Below, one piece after another: positions 27,501 through 34,550 of a DNA stretch of 64,000 nucleotides. The translations under genes were made by a program, and so were the position numbers. The stretch's first letter is position 1; each line of letters starts with the position of its first letter. Origin of the DNA: Verrucomicrobiales bacterium (lineage in GTDB: Bacteria > Verrucomicrobiota > Verrucomicrobiia > Verrucomicrobiales > DEV007); assembly GCA_016795505.1 (NCBI GenBank), contig JAEUHH010000005.1:91979-155978 (forward strand), in the 5' to 3' direction. Under the pieces are notes generated by a model. It searched no databases. It was given only the letters and a program-made list of their open reading frames with translations, and was not told where the DNA came from.

Positions 27501-29687
27501 GGCGAAGCGACCCTCCAACTCTTCGAGCTGGACCATCGTCTTCGACAGGTATTCGTCGCACTTCGCGGGCGTGTCGCAGAGATCGAGGTAGTTGACGACC
27601 GCCTGATTGAGCAGCTTCAGTTGTGCGCCAAACTGCGCCACTCCCTCGGCCCGGGCGAGGTCTTTGCGCCGGTTTTTCAGGGCGGAACGCACCCGGTTCA
27701 GGATGGCGTAGATGCCGGAGATGTCCTCGATGATCTGGGTGCTCTGGGTGGCATCCGCGATCTTCAGGCCGCCGACGATGTCGATCAGCATTTCCAGTTC
27801 CGCCCCGCCGCGGCTGAGTTCCTCGTCGATGGCGTCGGCTTCGGCGACCTTGGCGACGGCAGGGATGCGCGCCTCCTGGTCGGTGATCTGGCTTCGGTAG
27901 GGATCGAGCGCCTCGGGCCGGAGGAGAAACTCCACGCAGCGCTGCGAGACGGCGCCGGTGGCGTCGATGACATCGTTTTCCATCGCCTCGATCGCCGCGG
28001 CGTCAGCGTAGCGGAGTTCGCGCAGGGCGATCACCTCGCCGCGCACCTCCCGGAGCCCGGCGAGGCTGTGAACAAAGCCAAGGATGTCGTCCGGCCGCGT
28101 GTTGCGGCCCGCGGTGGCCAGCTTGCGGGCCTTGTCGCCGACCCGCTTCATGTCTGACGCGGTGGACTGACGCAGGCGACGCACTTTGTCAAACTCGGCA
28201 ATGGCCGCCTGGGCGGCGCCACGGATCTCGCTGAGCGCGGCCCTCAGATCGAAGGTCTCCGCGTGGCCGATCCAGAAATAGGCGTCGCAGATGTCGCCGG
28301 CGCGCTTCGCGAGATCGACGTAGAGATCGGCGTAGGTGTCGTCTTTGCCCAGCAGGTTGAGCACCTCGTGGCACTCGGCCATGCAGCGGACGATGGCGGC
28401 GTTGCCGATCTTGTTGAGATGACTGTCGCTCCGGCCGGGGGCGCGGAATTCACCCTCCATGTAGGGCGTGCGCCAGATCTGGAGGGCGTGGTGCTTTTGC
28501 GGCTCGGCTTCGGCGCGGAAATGGATCAGCCCGCCGTCGGGGAACACGGTGTAGCCGTGGCAGACGATCGGTGTGTCCACGGACTGCTCGATGATGTGAT
28601 AGGGCATCAGGGCATTGACGCCGGTGACGCGGTTGTGGAAGGCGTATAGATAGTCCTCACCGTTCGGCGACGCGATGCGGCGCTCGAAGATCATGCCGGT
28701 GAGGCCGTTGTCGAAGCGCTTGGTTTCGCCGGTCTGGAGATGGTAGCCGTCGGCGAAGATGATGCCCTGGTCGCCCGGCAGCAGCACGCAGGAATCGGCG
28801 ATGGAATCGATGCGGGTGACGGAGCGAACCTTTTCGTTGAAGACAAGGTAACGAAATGCCTTTTCCTGATAGGGCTGGATCTTCAGCAGGATGAGGTTCC
28901 CGACGATGGCGTAGAAGATGGTGGCATCGTCCAGCTTCTGGTCGCGGTGCTCGACCGGCTCGGCGTGAATGCCCTCGCCGGTGGCGGTGTTGTCCTCGAC
29001 CTTGATCGTCAGGTCGCCGCCGACCGTCTCCACAAAGACGCGGTCCTCGATCGATATGTGCGGGTGCACCCCGTCGCGGTGCATCGACCGGTTCACGCGG
29101 GTCCACTCGAACTCGACCGGGGGAGGGAAGACGTATTCGTGGTCGAAACGATTGCCGAGATAGTCGATACCGGCATCAGTGTCGCGCCATTTGAAGCACT
29201 TGATGTCATCGACGGTCTTCCCAGCCCGGAAAGCCATGTAGAGATGCGGGCCGATGCGGCGGAACTTGAGGAACGACGCCTCGCGGTAGTACTTGTAGAG
29301 GTAGGCGAAATCCTCCGCGAAGCTGCCCTGGAGGAGAAAGTCCAGGCTGGTCTCTGAGAACGTGTGGTTTTCCGGATGATACTGGTAGGCGGCAAAGACG
29401 TCGGCCGGCGCCGTGGTAGTCTTCAGGCCGAACTGGACATTGAAGCCGAAGAGGAATCGATTTCCCCCGATGGCCACCAGGTCGCGTGGCGTGCAGGCGT
29501 GGGCGGTGGAGACCCGCTCGGTGGCGAGCAGAGTCGGCTCGACGGCGCCGAAAACGGCCTGCCGTTCGGCATTGAGCCTGGCGAGCCGGGCACGAAGGTC
29601 GGATCCGTGCGTGGCGAGCCGCGACCGGATGATCTCGTAGGCACCCGCTTCGAGTTGGGCGGCCGGTGCTGTGGGGTCAGTGGGCAT
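24528..29687 (-). CDS. very large (1719 aa) AAA+ ATPase-domain protein of unknown function (DUF3686-like architecture?)
   Basis: It is a single uninterrupted ORF. An AAA+ core lies near residues 1250-1400 (Walker A LLLISPPGYGKTTLM; Walker B IMLYVDDIQH; sensor VCVVMAGNPYTE). It has a long N-terminal region and an acidic C-terminal tail with a KRKRVKGK patch. It overlaps the cobB stop convergently by 16 bp. It contains an in-frame copy of the dispersed palindromic repeat (see findings). Confidence 0.75.
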   Translation of the reverse strand: MPTDPTAPAAQLEAGAYEIIRSRLATHGSDLRARLARLNAERQAVFGAVEPTLLATERVSTAHACTPRDLVAIGGNRFLFGFNVQFGLKTTTAPADVFAAYQYHPENHTFSETSLDFLLQGSFAEDFAYLYKYYREASFLKFRRIGPHLYMAFRAGKTVDDIKCFKWRDTDAGIDYLGNRFDHEYVFPPPVEFEWTRVNRSMHRDGVHPHISIEDRVFVETVGGDLTIKVEDNTATGEGIHAEPVEHRDQKLDDATIFYAIVGNLILLKIQPYQEKAFRYLVFNEKVRSVTRIDSIADSCVLLPGDQGIIFADGYHLQTGETKRFDNGLTGMIFERRIASPNGEDYLYAFHNRVTGVNALMPYHIIEQSVDTPIVCHGYTVFPDGGLIHFRAEAEPQKHHALQIWRTPYMEGEFRAPGRSDSHLNKIGNAAIVRCMAECHEVLNLLGKDDTYADLYVDLAKRAGDICDAYFWIGHAETFDLRAALSEIRGAAQAAIAEFDKVRRLRQSTASDMKRVGDKARKLATAGRNTRPDDILGFVHSLAGLREVRGEVIALRELRYADAAAIEAMENDVIDATGAVSQRCVEFLLRPEALDPYRSQITDQEARIPAVAKVAEADAIDEELSRGGAELEMLIDIVGGLKIADATQSTQIIEDISGIYAILNRVRSALKNRRKDLARAEGVAQFGAQLKLLNQAVVNYLDLCDTPAKCDEYLSKTMVQLEELEGRFAEFDEYVAQLVEKRDEVYNAFEARKLQLVEARNRRTASLAKSADRLLTTIKHRLDGFDSAAGIAGYLAGDLMVEKVRDTIAQLTAMGDPVKADEIQTRLKTLREDAVRQLKDRQELFVDGRDVIQLGNHRFSVNRQELELSIVPKDDTLCLHLAGTNFFEPIADEAFLATREVWSQEVVSEDRTVYRAEYLAWRLLLDLETLDAWLAANDEGKLEAVREFMAPRYREGYTKGVHDRDAVAILSVLGRIHREAGLLRYGPDERALALLWHATWDPASPEKVRLTRQLSAFGQMRRGFPEAAGVQSSYVAELSRGLEAFRRECPGFGEVDATLAAEYLFFESIDPTPFTISPRAAELMEQFRNALTERRLDKTFAAAMTELAADPVARFQVACDWIGGALGGEFQSDPVASEIRPSLIGNRACLLEAAAHLIRGETGQLAVNDVALTAELSGLAGDHPRIDGGRLAFDYHEFTRRLRGFCALTVPRFEAYEAGKVALIESRRAAMRLEEFKPKVMPAFVRNRLLDRVYLPLIGDNLAKQMGTAGADTRTDRMGMLLLISPPGYGKTTLMEYVANRLGLAFMKINGPALGHEVTSLDPADAPNAGAREEIHKLNLALEMGDNIMLYVDDIQHTHPEFLQKFISLCDAQRKIEGVWNGRPRTYDLRGRKVCVVMAGNPYTESGGKFQIPDMLANRADTYNLGDIAGDHSGDFEASYIENAATSNAVLARLVARHPADLMAVMRIAQTGSREGIDLEGSHSLEEMEEYVSAMKKLMRVRDTILRVNREYIRSAAMEDAYRTEPAFRLQGSYRNMNRIAERIVPLMTDAEVEAAIFAHYENEAQTLTKGAEANLLKFRELEGVLTEAESERWEEIKRKFSRNLLMGAQAGENDPVGRVIGTLAGFSEGLGRIEGVLTRAAQHREKPATLADVTVEKLERIIADLRAVPVNVEIKVVPVREGEEAGEEAATAPKRKRVKGKPQGLPVDVESGVDQPTD
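26252..26301 (-). repeat. dispersed GATC-rich palindromic element, copy 2 (intragenic, in-frame within the AAA+ ATPase ORF)
   Basis: The sequence is tttccgatcaaagagggtctgatctccgatgcaacagggtctgattgg. Its reverse complement has the same modular layout as copy 1. It is translated as ...SEIRPSLIGNRACL... inside the 1719-aa ORF without breaking the frame. Confidence 0.7.
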
Positions 29688-30588
29688 CTGATGAGAGGAG
29701 TGGCAGCGGCGGAGCCTCCCTATTCAGGGTGGGCGGGACGCCTGCGGTGCCAGTGAGTTTTCGGACCGGTATCTCAATCGGGCGAGGCGTAACACACTGG
29801 GACCGCAGGCGTCCCGCCTGCTCCATTTCGTCGGGTGTATTTCGGTGGGGATGCCCAATTTCGAAGCGATCGCGATCATTCTGGGCGGGCGGGACGCCCG
29901 CGGTCCCGGTGGGGTGTCGGACCGATGTCAATTCGGGTGGCTCCTGGAAAGTACCGTCCGGCATCACCACTTTCGATAATTCACGACGGCCTTTGCTGGC
30001 ACTGCTACACAGCCAGTCCTCGGGAGTTTCACACAAGCCAGCGGAAACAGGATTCCGATGAATGTATGCCACTACTGATTCGAAATGGGCAAAGTCGCGA
30101 ACGAAGCGATCCCTATAATCAGGCCACCAAAATGGCGGCTCAAAAGCCACCCATTTGGCCGCCTCGTGCGCGGTGTACGACTTCCAGCAGTGAACCAACT
30201 GTGTCAGCGTGAAGCCAGGGATTGTCTCGAAAACACAATGCACGTGGTTCGGCATAATCACCCAGGCCAACATACGGTAGCGGACACCATCAAAATGAAG
30301 CAGGGCATTTTCGACCATCTCGGCAACATCGGGATTTCGCAGGTGGCAGGCGCCAATGCCTTTGTCGAGCAGGGATTCCAGGCGTTTCGACTGGCGGGCT
30401 CGAATTGGTTCGTTCTCCAATTGTTCACGAAGGTTGGCCGGAATGGAGTCTCCCAATCGGAATGTAAGGCTTTGAACCAGATCAGCCCGGTCAAAGTGAG
30501 GCAGGTATCCACGTGAATACCAGCCTCGATGCGGTCCCTGACCCAAAGAGTCACCAACACCATTATTCTGTCGGTACTCTGGTCTCAT
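29677..30588 (-). CDS. REP-associated tyrosine transposase (RAYT; IS200/IS605-like Y1 HuH transposase)
   Basis: It begins with the RAYT N-terminal motif RGYLPHFD, then has the HuH motif MPNHVHCVF and the catalytic-Tyr block VAYIHRNPVSAGL. The catalytic domain ends near ...WLCSSASKGRRE. The remaining roughly 85 codons of the ORF are read-through of REP repeats (PTGTAGVPPAQN... twice). The ORF overlaps the start of the AAA+ gene by 11 bp. Confidence 0.75.
   Translation of the reverse strand: MRPEYRQNNGVGDSLGQGPHRGWYSRGYLPHFDRADLVQSLTFRLGDSIPANLREQLENEPIRARQSKRLESLLDKGIGACHLRNPDVAEMVENALLHFDGVRYRMLAWVIMPNHVHCVFETIPGFTLTQLVHCWKSYTAHEAAKWVAFEPPFWWPDYRDRFVRDFAHFESVVAYIHRNPVSAGLCETPEDWLCSSASKGRRELSKVVMPDGTFQEPPELTSVRHPTGTAGVPPAQNDRDRFEIGHPHRNTPDEMEQAGRLRSQCVTPRPIEIPVRKLTGTAGVPPTLNREAPPLPLLSSDAH
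29731..29912. repeat. REP cluster (family GGGACCGCAGGCGTCCCGCCTGC and its inverse) on the 3' side of the RAYT gene
   Basis: The cluster has three units: gggcgggacgcctgcggtgcc at 29731, gggaccgcaggcgtcccgcctgc at 29799-29821, and gcgggcgggacgcccgcggtcccggtgg at 29884-29911. They are arranged as inverted pairs (REPIN-like). Confidence 0.7.
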
Positions 30589-30622
30589 GAGGTGAATGCG
30601 TTCAATGAACTAGAAACATACT

Positions 30623-30890
30623 GGGACCGCAGGCGTCCCGCCTGCCCCGACATGCCGGGGTAGCAGAATCGCGTGCCGTCTCCGATACCGCCCTTGCCAT
30701 CCGTAGCGGGCGAGACGCCCGCGGTCCCGGTGGGTTTTCCGAACGTTGAGTGGGTTCGCAGAGGCGCAACAAACCGGGACCGCAGGCGTTCCGCCTGCCC
30801 CAACATGCCGGGGTAGCAGAATCGCGTGGCGACTCTGACACAGTCCTTGCCATCCGTAGCGGGCGAGACGCCCGCGGTCCCGGTGGGTCT
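30623..30890. repeat. tandem pair of REP doublets (about 153-bp period) immediately upstream of the RAYT gene
   Basis: Unit 1 runs about 30623-30733 (gggaccgcaggcgtcccgcctgc ... gcgggcgagacgcccgcggtcccggtgg). Unit 2 runs about 30776-30888 with the same sequence and a few substitutions. Each unit is a long imperfect palindrome. Confidence 0.75.
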
Positions 30891-30970
30891 ATGTGGCTCG
30901 GAGGTCACTTTATCTTTAAAGGACTGCGGCATCGACCGATTAGCCCGCGGGTGAATCCCATGCGACCAGC

Positions 30971-33031
30971 TCACGCCCCCAGCCGTTTCAGCACGCTGCC
31001 GGCGGGTTCGTCGCCCAGGCCGAAGCGCTTGGCGGCGCCGAGCAGGCTGCCCAGCTTGGCGCGGGTCGCCTCGTCGTCGCCGGTCTGGCCCATCAGGCGG
31101 GCGAGGAGGGCGGCGATGCTCAGGTTCTTGAGATCCTCGCTGGTGACGCCGAAGAGGTCGATCCATTCCTTCAACTGGGCCTTGAACTGCTCGGGGTCGC
31201 CGGTAAACAAGGTGTCGCGCACCGAACTCAGGGTGCGGCTGTTGTCCACCAGCCGGTCGAGTGCTTTGCCGGCGCCGATGGCGCGCGTGATCTGGTCGAA
31301 AAAGGCTGATTCGCCGCCCACGATGTCGATCTTGGCGCTGCGCAGGGCCTCGGCGAGGATCTCGGAGTGCTTCGCGGCGATGGCGCGGCGCACGTCGATC
31401 TCGGCGAGTTCGACGGCTTTCTCCTTTTCGAGTTCGAGCTTGAACTCCTCGTGATCCTTGCCGGCTTCGTTGAATTTCTTCATCGCCTCGGCCTTGGCAT
31501 CGATGCCGCCGGCTTCCGCTTCGGCTCTGGCGGCAATGCCAGCGGCCTCGGCCTGGGCCTTGGCGGCGATGACATCGGCTTCCGCCTTCCCGGGAGCGGC
31601 TGACTCGGCCATGATGCCCTCGGCGAGGACTTTCTTGGCCACGGACAGTTTCTCGGCGGCGGCCTGCTCGGCCTCGGCCTTGATCAGGATCTCCTTGGCG
31701 TGCAGTTCGGCAGCCTGCTTCTCGGCCTCTGCATGGCGGACGCGCTCGTAGAGGTCCTGATCGGCATGCAGCAGGGCGGCCTCCTTGGCGGCTTCGGCTT
31801 CCTTGATTTTCTTGATCAACTCGGACTGGGCGGCCTTTTCGGCCTGGGTCACGGCCACCTTTTTCTCGCGCTCGGCACCAGCGAAGGCCTCGGTGTCGAG
31901 GATCTTCTGCTGTTCCTCGACTACGGTCTTCTCCACCGCGACGCGCTCTTTGATCACGTCCTGGATCGCCTTCCTTTCGACCTCGACCGCCTTTTCCTTC
32001 TCGATTTCCTTCAATGTCGTGACGCGCTCGCGCTCGATCGCCTCCAGTTCGCGGTCGCGCACCACGCGCTCCTGCTCGACACCGTCGGTGCGCTCCTTGC
32101 CGCGCTGGGCCACCAGGACCTCGCGCTCCTTGTTTTGCAGGGCGACTTCGACTTCCTCCTCGGTGGCGATGCGGGCACGCTCGGCTTTCAGCTTTTCCTC
32201 GGCCTGCACCTTGGCAGCCTCGGCCTCCTCGCGGGCGCGCACAGCGGCGATCTCGCGGGCTTGTTTGGCTTCGGCCTCCGCCTGCTGGCGCTCCAGTTCG
32301 AGGATCGCCTCGCGGGTCTCGACATCCTGTTGCTTGATCACCTTTTCCTTGTCACGCTGGATCTGGTTCGCCAGCTTGGCCTGCGTGGCGGTGAGTTCGG
32401 TGATCTTCTTGATGCCCTCGGCATCGAGGATGTTGTCCGGGTCCATCGCCTCGATCTTCGTTTGCTCAAGGAAGTCGATGGCAGCGTCCTCCAGCGAAAA
32501 GCCGTTCAAGTCCGTGCCGATCAGCTTCAGGATCTCGTCGCGGAACGTGTCACGCTCCTCGTACAATTCGGTGAATTGGAATCGCTTGCCCACGGTCTTC
32601 AGCGCCTCGGAAAACTTCGCGTCAAAGAGCTGCTCGATCGCCTCCAGGCTGGAGGCGCGTTCGCAGCCGATCGAGTTGGCCACTCGGACGACATCCTCGT
32701 CGGTCGGATTCACCCGCACAAAGAAGGCCACCTTGATGTCGGCGCGGATGTTGTCCTTGCAGATCAGACCGTTGGCACCGGATCGGTCGATCTCGAGCCG
32801 TTTCACCGAGAGATCCATCTCTTCCACCCGGTGAAAAGCGGGAAAGACCCAGATGCCGTCCAGTCCGACGCGGGTTTTGCCCATACCGGTGCGGACGAGG
32901 GCGGAACCTTTGCGGACTTTCTTGAACAGCGAGGCGTACAGCATCGCGGTCAGAATAAGCACGCCGATGATCGCGCCGATCACGAGGGCGGCGACGAGGG
33001 CGAGGGGATTGAGGTCGAGTGCGAGTATCAT
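30971..33031 (-). CDS. flotillin-family protein (SPFH/band-7 domain plus long Glu/Ala/Lys-rich coiled-coil; YqiK-like)
   Basis: It has an N-terminal TM helix and an SPFH domain (VRTGMGKTRVGLDGIWVFPAFHRVEEMDLSVKRLEI), followed by EA-rich flotillin repeats and a C-terminal flotillin domain. Confidence 0.85.
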   Translation of the reverse strand: MILALDLNPLALVAALVIGAIIGVLILTAMLYASLFKKVRKGSALVRTGMGKTRVGLDGIWVFPAFHRVEEMDLSVKRLEIDRSGANGLICKDNIRADIKVAFFVRVNPTDEDVVRVANSIGCERASSLEAIEQLFDAKFSEALKTVGKRFQFTELYEERDTFRDEILKLIGTDLNGFSLEDAAIDFLEQTKIEAMDPDNILDAEGIKKITELTATQAKLANQIQRDKEKVIKQQDVETREAILELERQQAEAEAKQAREIAAVRAREEAEAAKVQAEEKLKAERARIATEEEVEVALQNKEREVLVAQRGKERTDGVEQERVVRDRELEAIERERVTTLKEIEKEKAVEVERKAIQDVIKERVAVEKTVVEEQQKILDTEAFAGAEREKKVAVTQAEKAAQSELIKKIKEAEAAKEAALLHADQDLYERVRHAEAEKQAAELHAKEILIKAEAEQAAAEKLSVAKKVLAEGIMAESAAPGKAEADVIAAKAQAEAAGIAARAEAEAGGIDAKAEAMKKFNEAGKDHEEFKLELEKEKAVELAEIDVRRAIAAKHSEILAEALRSAKIDIVGGESAFFDQITRAIGAGKALDRLVDNSRTLSSVRDTLFTGDPEQFKAQLKEWIDLFGVTSEDLKNLSIAALLARLMGQTGDDEATRAKLGSLLGAAKRFGLGDEPAGSVLKRLGA

Positions 33032-33062
33032 ACAGTTGGCAGGTTAGGTTGAAAGGATGGCT

Positions 33063-33752
33063 TTAGGAGGCGGACTCCCCGGCCAGGGCCAGGGGACGAA
33101 CCAGAAAGGTGCCGGGCCGGCTTTCGTCCTCCAGCACGACGAGGACTTCGGTGCCGCGGCTCAGCGGCTCCCGCCCCGGGGCGACGCGGGCTTGGAGCAG
33201 GATGGGCGCTCCATCCCGGAGCACCTCGATCTGCCCGCCGGCGTCGGTGACCGTGAGGGAGCGTACCGTGCCGGACAGGCCCACCAGGGGCACCCGGTTT
33301 TCGGTGTCGCGGATGAGCTTCATCAGCGGTCTCAGCGGGCGGACGAGCAAGCGCGTCATGATGAAGGCCACGGCGATCGATCCGCCGAAGATGCCGGTGG
33401 CCAGCGTCCCGGAGTCACCGGCATTCAGGTAGATATTCCCCAGCAGATTTGCGGCCCAGAGCAGCAGAGTGAAGAGCGTGATCACGAACATCACCGGTGC
33501 ATCGGTGGCGCCGAGCACCTTCATCAGGGAGCCGAAAAAGCCGGGGCTGTGGTCGTCTCCCTGATCGTGACCGTGGCCGTCGCCCTCTCCGACCGCGTCG
33601 GCGTGATGGCTGTCCGTCCCGATCGCGCCATCGAGGGCGTCAAAATCCATCAGGCCGATCAGCGAGAGCAGCCAGTAGATCCCGATCAAGCCCAACAGGA
33701 TCGTCAAAGGCAGGCTGTGCGCGCTGATGGCTTCCTGTAGGACAATTTCCAT
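33063..33752 (-). CDS. NfeD/YqiJ-like membrane protein (OB-fold; partner of flotillin)
   Basis: It has N-terminal TM helices and a His/Asp-rich loop (HHADAVGEGDGHGHDQGDDH), and a C-terminal NfeD-like beta-barrel (GTVRSLTVTDAGGQIEVLRDGAPILLQARV). It lies 31 bp upstream of the flotillin gene, the canonical yqiJK order. Confidence 0.6.
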   Translation of the reverse strand: MEIVLQEAISAHSLPLTILLGLIGIYWLLSLIGLMDFDALDGAIGTDSHHADAVGEGDGHGHDQGDDHSPGFFGSLMKVLGATDAPVMFVITLFTLLLWAANLLGNIYLNAGDSGTLATGIFGGSIAVAFIMTRLLVRPLRPLMKLIRDTENRVPLVGLSGTVRSLTVTDAGGQIEVLRDGAPILLQARVAPGREPLSRGTEVLVVLEDESRPGTFLVRPLALAGESAS

Positions 33753-33982
33753 GAAAATGATTCTCGGGTAGTTCGGGTTCCTCCCCCGATTGTGCAGAAT
33801 CCAGCGTCGGGGTCAAGACCGACGGTCTCGCGACCGACCGGTCTTTTCCCCTGCCCCTGGATGGGATGCACCGAGTTTAGCGATTTCGAATCGGAAAACG
33901 ATTATAAACGCCTCCGGGGATTGTAACGATTCCGCCCATCGGGCTTGTCAATCGGCCCGGATGTGTCCACACTGGCGCTGCC

Positions 33983-34477
33983 ATGGAATCCCACGAAATC
34001 CTGAAACGCGCCTTCGACAGCCCGCAGACCAGTCCGAAGCAGATCGCGGCTGAGATGGGCGTGTCCCTGTCTCTGGTGTACAAATGGGCTCAGCCCGACG
34101 GCGACGGCCCCGGGACGGGCTCGGGAAGCAAGAATCCCCTCGACCGGGTGGCGGAATTGCTCGACCTCACCCACGACACCGCCATCGTCGAGTGGCTCTG
34201 CCAACGGGCCAACGGGTATTTCGTGCGCAATCCCAAGAGTTCCTGCCAAAAGGGCTACGAAGTGGTGCCGGCGACGCACGAGATCGTGCAGCAGTTCGCC
34301 GGCCTGCTCTCGGTGATCAGCCAGGCGGCGATCGACAACTCCATCAGCGATGCCGAGTCCGCCCAGATCCGCAAAGTCTGGGACGGCCTGAAGTCGTTCT
34401 GCGAGGGTTTCGTGCGCTGCTGCGAAGAGGGCGACTTTCAACCCATCCAGAAGGAGCTGATCCGGAAGCGCGGATAG
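33983..34477 (+). CDS. helix-turn-helix regulatory protein (phage CII-like/YdaS-like N-terminal HTH), hypothetical
   Basis: SPKQIAAEMGVSLSLVYKWAQP is an HTH. The Cys-rich C-terminal half is of unknown function. It is preceded by a 230-bp intergenic region with several short inverted and direct repeats (gaccgacggtc..gaccgaccggtc; aacgatt x3). Confidence 0.5.
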   Translation: MESHEILKRAFDSPQTSPKQIAAEMGVSLSLVYKWAQPDGDGPGTGSGSKNPLDRVAELLDLTHDTAIVEWLCQRANGYFVRNPKSSCQKGYEVVPATHEIVQQFAGLLSVISQAAIDNSISDAESAQIRKVWDGLKSFCEGFVRCCEEGDFQPIQKELIRKRG

Positions 34478-34493
34478 CCGACCTGCCGGGGTG

Positions 34494-34545
34494 TTTCCGA
34501 TGCAACAGGGTCTGTCCGGCGATGCTACCCTGTTTGATCGGAAAC
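34494..34545. repeat. dispersed GATC-rich palindromic element, copy 3 (between convergent genes)
   Basis: The sequence is tttccgatgcaacagggtctgtccggcgatgctaccctgtttgatcggaaac, a near-perfect inverted repeat (TTTCCGAT..AACAGGGT / ACCCTGTTTGATCGGAAA). Confidence 0.7.
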
Positions 34546-34550
34546 TGAAA

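Noticed and set aside
25392-28157. Forward ORFs of 300 and 620 aa inside the AAA+ gene
   Set aside because: They are antisense to a continuous 1719-codon ORF with Walker motifs. They abut exactly at the palindromic repeat, which accounts for the apparent boundary.
30623-30890. Possible CRISPR array
   Set aside because: There are only two units with a 153-bp period. Each unit is itself an imperfect long palindrome made of a REP and its inverse. There is no repeat-spacer structure and no cas genes. It is a REP doublet array.
30585-31166. 193-aa reverse ORF upstream of the RAYT
   Set aside because: It is composed of translated REP units (PTGTAGVSPATDGK repeated) and arginine-rich junk, and it overlaps the 3' end of the flotillin gene. 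It is not a gene.
31700-33052. 450-aa and 349-aa forward ORFs over the flotillin gene
   Set aside because: They are antisense translations of the Glu/Ala/Lys repeat region, giving Leu/Asp/Phe-rich and Ser/Ala-rich nonsense. The reverse-strand flotillin has clear SPFH motifs.
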